NCBI RefSeq assembly: GCF_009914755.1
Contig: NC_060943.1
Length of the DNA stretch: 64,000 bases
Source of the DNA: the human T2T-CHM13v2.0 reference genome, Homo sapiens
Strand: one strand, 5' to 3'
The position numbers were made by a program, and so were the translations under genes. The notes under the pieces were generated by a model. It saw only the letters and a list, made by a program, of their open reading frames with translations. It ran no database searches and was not told the DNA's origin. The first letter of the stretch is position 1; every line of letters starts with the position of its first letter. Positions 53,920 to 64,000 of the stretch are shown here, in pieces.

Positions 53920-54200
53920 GACCAGCAGCGATGTTTTTTCAGTGATTCCGCAAGAGTCAAAAACCCAACAAAGCGCATCGCCGGCGCTGTAAAGGGAGCA
54001 TGCTGCCGGTGTCTGTGACCACTGTATGCAAAGCTTGGCATTAGTCACAGCCGGGCCGGCTGTGACAGGCCTGAAGTGAGGGAGATTAATGCGAGGCTGG
54101 GACACTTTATTATTGTCATTCTGTTCTTTCAGACTCTGCCTCTGACTTTCAATTTTGCTCCAGAATTAATTGTCTGCTCCCTGCAGTATGACTGATGGAG
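53920..54200. promoter_or_regulatory. CpG-retaining unique block with a 23-bp palindrome; candidate regulatory element
   Basis: GTCACAGCCGG-G-CCGGCTGTGAC (54044-54066). TGACAG, GATTAAT, AATTAATT. Confidence 0.45.
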
Positions 54201-57200
54201 AAGGATATGCGGAGCCCAGGCACCTGGCTCTGGCCTTGACAGTCTCAGGCCCGGTGTGGGATGGATTGTGTGCGGTCAGGGCGGGGGACAGACGGGCATC
54301 CCTCAAAGAAATCGGCCCAGGCCACAACTGACTTCAATCAGATGTGACCAGAGATTATCCTTTGCCAAGAATCATTTTGGCTTGTAGGGTTCCCAGCAAC
54401 CTGCCCATTCCCTGTCATGGACCCTCCCTGGAACCCAGAGCTCAGTCTGTTGGTGGAGCCATTCCTAGTCTTTCAGGTTTCTGATTCTCTTCCTTTTTTT
54501 CTGGTTCTGGGCAATAAATTAGCAGTGCAGTCTCCTAGGTCTCAGCCCTCCCAGATGTAAGCATTTTTGTGAGCATGTCAAGCACAGAATCTCTGACAAT
54601 GGGAAACGCAGTGGGATTCCAAAACGCTGGTGCCATTTTCCAGTTGGCGTTGAATACCCACCTCCCTCTTCCTCATTACTCACCCTTGCCCCATCTTCCT
54701 TCATTTCAAAAAAAAAAAAAAATCAAATCATATATTTAAACAGAAAAGTCTTCCTTAATAGCAAATCCTGAAGGAAGCCTCCAACAAAATAGCAATGTTC
54801 TCTCCGCTTTAGGAGTTTGGCACACAAGAAATGGTTGTTGACTGAATAAATGAATGTGTGAAGGCATGCAAGAATATTTTCATGGATAAATGAATAAGTG
54901 GAGTTCCTAAAAAGAATGAAACATAGAAAGGCATATCTTCCTTTTACAAATAAATAAAAATCCTTTCCAGTCATTTTTAAGCCAAATTCAGCTGCTAACC
55001 ATTTTTCTAAACTTTGGTCAGCCTCATTCCCCATTGCAGATATGTTCATGAAAACCTAGGTGTAATTCTTTAAAAAAAAATAAATGGAATCCCACTTTAA
55101 ATGTTTAAGAATGCAGGGGAGGAGGGAAAATGTCTTTGAGAAATACATTTCCAGTGCTAATTTTTATGCTCTGGTCTAGCTGTGTGTGTGATTTTCAACT
55201 TGGGGTCTAGAGGTGACAGTTTCAATGCATGAGATACAGATTTCCCTAGCCCTCCCAAAACAAAGTTTCACTAGAGGAAGAGCTTATGTTTTCCAGGCAC
55301 CTCTCCCTCCAAACTGGATAAGATTGACACGTGAGATGAGGAAAAACCAACCAATAATAGAAAGGGCAAGTGTTGATGAGCTGAGAACCATTTAAAGGCT
55401 GGTTTTCTGTAGAACTTTCAAGAGTTCCTTCTAAATATGCTGTCTGCCTATAACCTGCAATAAATTACTACAGCTTTAACTCATCTGGTACTTTCATACG
55501 ATTACGGTATTATGTTAAAGGGTACAGAAATATATAATATGCTCAACTGTCTCTATAGTTGATACCAGAGGGAAAATTACCACCACTCAGTGAAGAAGAT
55601 TCAACCTCATTACATTAATGATTTATCACAATGGGAAAATGTGAAAAGTAACTAGTTGCTTTTATGAAAAGAGGCAGCTTTTCCCACTGGCAACTCCTGC
55701 AGGCTCTCCAAGAAGGAGAATTTAGAAGGAGCTCCAGACGGTCACACTCTCCCACTCCCTTCCAAAGCTCCCTCTGCAACATGAAGGAGAAGGTGCACTG
55801 GCAAATGTTGGAATATCCTTCAAACTTGACATTAAGTATTCAAATGTTACTTAAGCAAAGTGTGAGCAATTAAATTAATCAATCTTCCCAGCCATGTACA
55901 GAACAGATGTTCAATAAATCCTCTTTGCTTACAGTGAGGGGGGGAAGAGTCCACTTTTAACTGTCCTTCAGCAGTGACACTGCTCAGGCGTCCTCTGCCG
56001 GCCTCCTGGGCTACCGTCAGGTGCTTCTGCTGCACTTTCCTTTATTATAAATAACAACAGGCCACCTGGACTACCTGTGCTACCTGGGAGCCTCAAGTTT
56101 AATGATCCTTCCAACACAGGGCTCTGCTCGCGCCTGATCCCAGGTAATGGGGCTGATGGAAATGGCAGTAGAGTGACGGTTGGCAGTGACAGATGACTGC
56201 TGGCCAACTTGTGCTGCTGACAAGCGGTGAATATGGGCCAATGTTGCAGAAAGGTCAGGATAAAAGTATTTGCTCGACTTTCAAAGTTTCTCCAGAAAAA
56301 AAATAAGCAGATGAGCCAAAACCACATAGACCTCCAACAAGAGTGCAAAGAGCTTTGCACCAGAGGGGCTGGCTTGTTCTGGGCTCTAGAAAAGAAGGCA
56401 GTCTCCATTGGAAGCTGTGGGTTAGATGAGGAGAGAAACTCAGACACTAGGGAGAGGGAGCCTTGTTTTCTTTGCATGAACAGTTCCCAGTGAGGAACTT
56501 CACCTCTGGGCTGCCAGGGAACATTGAGGGAACGTTCAGTAAACAATTCTCTCCCTAACCCCTCAAGATGATCATATAGAGTCTCCCTGTTACATCACCC
56601 AGACCCTCTAAGTATCCCTCTTTGCCAATACTCTGCTGCAGAGGCAGCTAACCTCCAATTTACAAAATAATAAAATCAATGAATGTGCCAGATTACCAAA
56701 GATCACAGGATTTGACCTGTCCACTGTGGCTTCTCTAACTAAATCTACCATCCTAAAGGAGAGGACTGGGGAATCCCAAAGCATGGGGAAGGCACTCAGC
56801 CCTAATCCCACAGTGCCAACCATCCCCTGGTCCACCCCCAGACCAGGACCCTGCCCAGCCAGAAGCCTCTGATCACCACCCACTGAAACCCACAAGGCCA
56901 CTGTCATTCAGAAGTGGAGGATACAATTCCTGCCCTACAGATACATAACTTCAACCTTTTGAAGGCTGCCTTTCCATATATGGACTTTATCCACATTTTA
57001 ATGAGGCTTTAAAATCTCCAAGATTAAGCTGGTATTTTATGTAGAACTGCCTGCTTTTTATGATATCCTGACATGTTGTACAACATTTGGTGACTATATT
57101 GATCCTTATAAATTCAGCATCTATATATATTCATGAAAAGTACCTTTTCTCCCCATTCGGGCCACAAGATGATCCAGACACACATTTTCCTGAGTGGAGA

Positions 57201-58840
57201 CAATAAAACTGCAATTGTCATGGTTTTGAGCGAACACGATGTTTCAGTGTTTTCAAATTAAACCCCTTTTACCATCTGCTTGCAAACTCTTCAGTGAGGA
57301 AATGACAGCTCCTTTCTAGGTATCTGATGGTGTAAGTGCCCCTGAAGTTTCTCCTTCAGGTGAGCTTGTTATAAATCCTGAGGGGCCCGGCAAGGGTTTC
57401 CTCCCGTGTGGGACATTATATATCTTCATGCCCTCATGTTTGCCCGACCAGAGGCCAACCTTCTCCCATTTCTTTGGGCCATTTTATGCTTTTAATCTGA
57501 AACAAATGATTGCAGGGGGGAGAAAGAGCATTATCACCTTGGCGAAACATCGGGAATATAAAAAAGAAAAAGAAGAAGAAGAGGAAGAAAGAAAGAGACT
57601 ATGGGCAAATTCATCTTCTGCCGCTACAATCAATCTCTCACCTAAAGAAATACACAATAACTAGGCAGGAAAGAGGCAAGATTTATGACTTAGAAACATC
57701 TACACTGACCAGCATATACCTAGTCTTCTTGGCTCTCTCCCTACCCGAATGGCTCTCTTTAACAGTTACAATGATAAACTGTCTCTCCCTACTGTTTTAC
57801 AAGTACATTAGCTTTATTTAATGAGATCTCAGAGTAATTTAACAGATGTATATAGGACATAAGACTAGGGAAACTCTTGCTACTAGGATACTTTTGCCAA
57901 GGTATTCTAGGACAGCTAATCTGAGAGATAGCTTTATATTCTTTGAGAAAGCATTGTTTGGAAGGCTTTTAAAAATGATTTTAATGGAAATATTATATTA
58001 CAATCAATGAGGAGAGAGCCTCTTTCACATTCACTTGCATTCGGCCCATGAAAACGCAGGATGAATGGGCTTTGTGAAGTCGTAGGAACTCACTTACATA
58101 TTGAACTGTCAGGAAGGATGTCACCATCAGAAATTAATACTTGTGTTAAAAAAGTTAATATTTCACCCACCCACCTTCCAAAAAGAGTAAGAAGATACCT
58201 GGGTGTGAGGAAACGGAGAGAGGGTAGGCAAAGGGAGAGAGGAAGAGACTATTTGAGAAGGAGGTGAGGCACCTGTTTCAGCCAATGTCGTGTTTCGGGG
58301 CTGGGGTCGAGGGTTGGAGACAGGTGCAGTTTCCTCCCTACCCTCTATCCCTCTGTGCCTGGCGTGCTCAGGCCAGGACCTCCCCTTCCTGGCTGGCTGC
58401 CTTCTTCCTTCCCTGACATTCCTTAACACTTGGTTCTCTGAGAACTGTAATGGAGAAATGACAATGGTATTAACTTTTCAAAAATTGCTTTAATAAACTG
58501 CCAATTAATAAGTGAGAAGAGGAAGCCATGGGAAATTACCTGGTCATGCTTAAAATAAAATTAAAGGGGGAAGGGGACGTTTTTCCTCTTCCTTTCTCAG
58601 AAAGCACAAGGCTTGGGCTCTCATACCCCAGGATGTGATTTCCAGAACCAAATTCTCCTAAGTATGACAAAATCTACACTGCATGGCACCACATCTTGGT
58701 CTATGATACAGTTAACTCAGCTTCAAAATGGAGTGTCATCCCAAGTTTAGTAAATATTGGCAATACAATACATTTAAAAACCAAAATGGAACAAAATAAC
58801 AGCAACTCAAAATTTCACCCAATGGGGATACCAGTTTTAA

Positions 58841-59176
<336 letters not shown>

Positions 59177-60109
59177 TAACAAAAATGGTCTTTTAAACTA
59201 CAGGTTGCTTTTGGTCGAAAAATATTTTTGTTTTTTAAATCCTTTAAATGGTTTGTAACAGACTGCAGTTGATATTTACAATTCTGCAAAAGTGTGGCAG
59301 ATCCTTCTCCTTAGGATTGCTAGCTCCCTCATAGGCACCTTTATATGGAGTCACCTCTGAAAGTATAGATGTTACAGTGTGTATGTGACAGCAGGTGGAA
59401 GTGAGTGCAAGAGCTACATGTGTGTCTTCTCAAGGTAAACATACTTAACAACATCCTACCAAACATATACCACTTTATACAGTGTTCATGGCTCCTTATG
59501 AATAATTTAGGGTATCCAATGCAGTCTTTTTAAAATACAACATTCACAGTGAGCATAAAAACTCAGTCCAATGAAAGGTTATGAAATTAGTGGTGACTGT
59601 ACAAAATTGCAAAGAGAAATCACAATGAACCTACTCACTTAGGAGGTGAGGGGCTCAGAAAAAAAAAAGCGGGGGGTAAGAGAGAGAGAGAAAGAGAGGC
59701 AGAGAGGTATGTGGTGTTCTTGCACCAACGGGGCAAGAACAAATCTATTGCATAGAATTTCATTTATTGAGAGCTATACATCAAGTTGTATTTGTTTAAT
59801 GAGGTTGGCACCAGAAAGATGTATAGAACATGTCAGACACCCAGTACCAATGCGTAGTGGGGAAAAGATAACATCTCAGACTGCGACCACTCGCTTCGTC
59901 TTCCAGCCAGTGTCTCTATCTGTCGGCTCTTTGGGGAATAATAAATGAGGGGGCAGAAGGAACAAGAAGCCAAATAATGAAAAACACACACAAAAAGGAA
60001 AAATTATAACATGGGAGAGCAAAGTAGAGCCAGATTTACTGACCTCACAACTACATAATCAAGAAAAAGTTATCACTGAAGAAACTTTTACTAAGCGGAG
60101 TGATCTTAA

Positions 60110-60420
60110 ATAACAGGGAGTCCTGTGAAATTTACAGCGCTCTTAAGATATGCAAATTGAATGCAAGGTATAGACATAAGGGTAATTAATTGTAAATCTA
60201 AGAATAATGTTTCTTTGTCAGGCTGTCTCCCTGTTGTGGAATACATTCTAATGTGCCTTAGCTTGGAATACTTTTTTCAAGGCTGCTCTAATTACAAGAT
60301 GTTCAGAATTTCAAAATACTAGTTATTCTTATCGTTTAATTTAGCAGCTGTAACATTTAATAACAGAATTTACTGATTGCATGACAATATTGTAATCTTT
60401 CAAGGTTAAAGCGCTTGTTC
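60110..60420. promoter_or_regulatory. Candidate POU/SOX/homeodomain enhancer
   Basis: ATGCAAAT (60150-60157), TAATTAATT (60183-60191), CTAATTA, CAGCTG, ACAATATTGT (60384-60393). Confidence 0.45.
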
Positions 60421-60495
60421 CCAAGTCCAGCCCATCAGGATCCATGTGCAGAGAGAATGTTATGGATAAAGCACTTTCCACAGGTCCTCAATGAG

Positions 60496-60992
60496 TGTTG
60501 CGGGTGGAAGCGTCGCAGGCCAGCTGAGCCCAAAAATGGGGCTTAGCCCACAGGGTTCTCGGCTTCATCCAGAAAAGAATTCAAGGGCAAGCCAGTGGTA
60601 GGGTAGAAGAAAACAGCTTTACTGAAGTGGCAGTGTTGCAGCTCCGTGACTGACCCTGCAGAGCAGGGCTACCCTATTGGCAGTGTGCTGAGACCAGCAG
60701 CTCAGGGCAGTTTTGCAGTCATATTTATACCCACTTTTAATTACATGCAGAGTAAGGGGCTGTTTATGTAGAAATTTCTAGGGAAAGGGTAGTAACTTTT
60801 GGTTCATCAGGTCATTACTATGGAAAGGGGTGGTAACTCCCGGCTGTTGTCATGGCAACGGTAAACTGACATGGCGCACCGGCCAGCGTGTCTGATGGAA
60901 AGTTGCTTCCACCCAGGACCTGTTTTAGCCAGTCCTCAGTTTGGTCATGTGCCTGAGCCCCGCCTCCAGAGTCAAGTCCCGCCTCCTGCCTC
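60496..60992 (-). mobile_element. ERV1 (MER4-group) solo LTR, MER66-like
   Basis: Reverse complement begins gaggcaggaggcgggacttgactctggaggcgggg. TATAAATA box. Left boundary uncertain (60496 or 60511). Confidence 0.8.
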
Positions 60993-61669
60993 TGAGAGAT
61001 CCCAGTGGTTGCTCACTGCTGCTTAGTTGCCTCACTTCATCCACTGGCACGTGCTTCTGGGTCTTACAGTGATTTCCTTATCATGCTGGGAACAATGTAC
61101 TGATTTGTGCTCTTAGTGTTTAGCTCTCTTCTACCTGCCCGTGAAAACCTCCCACTTCTTGTTAATGAAAGTGATGGTGGGATTCTGCAGATGACGGATT
61201 CTTAGAAAATTATAAGCAAGAAGACAGGGATAGAAGTTTTCAAATCAAGGGAACGTGACTCTTGACTGTCATCAAGAAAGCTTGGTTGTCGTCAAGAAAG
61301 CTCTTAGTGAAGAACCACTTGAGGAAAGAGCTGGGCAAGAAGGGGTGTGAGGGGATTCCACCAAGCAAATAAGGAGTGACGGTCCTGCTCAGGAAGGAGA
61401 CCACTGAAGGGATGGGATGCCGATTCCATCTTCAATCGTTTCTCAGAAAACATTTGGCCAAGAGTGGACTACACAACTAGAAGGTCTGGGAGTGGAGAAG
61501 TGGGCACGAGATTGGCCCAAGGAAAGTGCTAGGAAAGATGGGTTAAACTCTCTCTTGGGTTAAAGCCGCAAGGGCAGGGGGCCCAGGCAAGTGCTCTCTC
61601 GCCCTGAATGCTTGGGCTGTGTGCATGCCTGGCTGCTATGACAACGCCCACTCTTGCCCTCCTCCTGCT

Positions 61670-62280
61670 CCACTGGCTTCTCCTCTCTGCCTCCTCCACT
61701 TGCTCCTGGTCTATTCAATTTCCTTAAGACAAACCTCTGATGCTCCCCTGAGCTCTGTCTGGGGCCCTTTCCTCCTTTCCCCTCCACACTCATCCTGCAA
61801 TCCCATCCAGTCCCAAAGCACTAAATGCCATCTCTGTGGGTTGACTGCCCTGAAATCTCCAGCCCAGACCTTCCAGGGGCTTATAGCTTCAATGACATCT
61901 ACTTTTGAATATCTGGTGGACATTTCCAAACTGCTGCATTTCAAATGGAGCTGCTTCTGCCGGGAATGTTCTGCTCCTACTGAGAGAATCCTCAGGCTTT
62001 GGGTCACAGCTCAGGGGTCAGTGTCCTCGGCTCACTCATCTTACGCAGGGTGCCTCCCTCATTTCTCTGTCATATCGCCCTTACTTATTTCCATCAGAGA
62101 AACTTACACAATTTATATTGATTTCAATTGCATGTTTATTTTATGCTGCCTGTGTGATCTACTAAAATCGAAACTGAGGTGGGATGGGGAGGACAGGGGG
62201 CCTCTTGGCTGTGTCCACTGCTCTGATATCTCTGTCCTGCTGTCAATGGCAGGTGCTCGATAGATCACCAGTGAGTGAAG
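61670..62280 (+). mobile_element. L2 fragments
   Basis: tccagcccagaccttcc...gaatatctggtggacatttcca; 3' end tggcaggtgctcgatagat. Confidence 0.6.
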
Positions 62281-62659
62281 TGCTCTGGTTACCAACTCAG
62301 AAAGACAGCGTGGTCTGTGCCTCTTCCTAGGACTCCACAATAGCCCCATAGTGAAAGTCCACTGCATGCAGAGAGATACTGCAGATAGACAGCATATCTA
62401 GGCATCCTGTGCCCATCCCTGGGCATCTCAGTTGAGAAACTGAAGCTGGATCAGAACAGGGCTGTGAGAACAGCAAAGAGTTTGGAAAGTAAGCCAGTCA
62501 AGGCTTGGTGTTAGGAGACCCAGAACATTGAGCCTAGAGGGAAAGGATGATTTAACATTTTATGGCACTTATTTACTAGATAGTCTGGAGGGAGAGGGAT
62601 TTAAATTGCTCAGTACAGCTGCAGAGAGCACACTTAGGGCCCAGGATGTGGATCTGAGG

Positions 62660-62840
62660 AAGCAGTGTAGATTGGAAGTCAGACTTGGGCCCAGAGCAAA
62701 ACAGCCGTGGACTCAGTCTAGGCTCTACCACTTGCTACCTTGTGGAATTCTGAACAACTTACTCCATTTTGCTATGCCTGAGCTCATTTCCCTGTTGAGA
62801 GGATTTAGTGAAACATTTGCAAAGCACTTAGCCTTCAAAT
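62660..62840 (+). mobile_element. MIR
   Basis: ggctctaccacttgctaccttgtg...tgcctgagctcatttcc...tgttgagaggatttagtga...aaagcactta. Confidence 0.7.
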
Positions 62841-63234
62841 GCTAAAGAGAGGTTTAGGAAAACAAACATCCCCCAAGCTTTGTATTTGTAGAAAACAGTG
62901 AGGTTCCATTCAGACTAATTGTGGAATACTGTTAATCCCTTACCAGCTCGGGCAATAACTCTAGTCTTCAGCAAGGTTGTAGCATTCTCTTCCCCACCCT
63001 CTCAAATATATCTGGGATTTGTCAAAGGGCTGTCTTCACTGTCCTCATAAGCCATCAGCCTGCCACCACTGGCCTTGGTCACTTTCAGAAAACTTGGCTC
63101 CAGGCCCCGATTCCAATGTAACCATCCCAGAAATTTATCCCAGTTACTGAACATTCATGCTTTAAGAACAGCTCTTGCAAGGAAGAAATCTGAGTTTCCC
63201 TCTTCCTGCCACAAAAATAAACAAAGAAAAGTAA

Positions 63235-64000
<766 letters not shown>

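Noticed and set aside
55970-55984. AGCAGTG-A-CACTGCT palindrome
   Set aside because: 7-bp arms are expected several times by chance in 64 kb
55968-56546. 192-aa minus-strand ORF
   Set aside because: TTG start, no recognisable domain or exon structure, length compatible with chance
61262-61301. Short tandem duplications (20 bp here, also ~5910 and ~28388)
   Set aside because: Ordinary slippage duplications
61619-62263. Longest ORF (214 aa) as a gene
   Set aside because: Non-ATG start, overlaps decayed L2, no recognisable domain

Overview
Primate (human-like) non-coding genomic DNA, judged from AluJ/S/Y, L1PA/PB/MA/MC/ME, THE1/MST and Tigger elements. I find no credible protein-coding gene, RNA gene or CRISPR array. 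The ORFs I could place fall in repeats or simple sequence, and the rest look like chance frames. Architecture: (i) about 1-11 kb of mixed unique DNA with two blocks dense in homeodomain/TCF/PBX-HOX motifs, one containing a candidate 194-nt non-coding exon; (ii) about 11.5-40 kb of nested, decayed L1s, including a near-full-length old L1 carrying a near-full-length Tigger2 that itself carries a FLAM; (iii) about 42-45 kb with a diverged local duplication of an L1+STR+Tigger2a unit; (iv) about 46-60.5 kb with several repeat-poor, enhancer-like blocks, as expected of a developmental-gene regulatory desert or large intron. The most unusual structure is at 37.1-37.54 kb: an insertion built from two nearby L1 templates, amplified as 3.3 x 44 bp and closed by a perfect 20-bp inverted repeat. 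It reads as a template-switching repair scar. I see no evidence for a new gene-encoded system. Repeat subfamily names come from remembered consensus sequences and need RepeatMasker/Dfam confirmation, and enhancer calls are inferences. The chromosomal locus was not identified.
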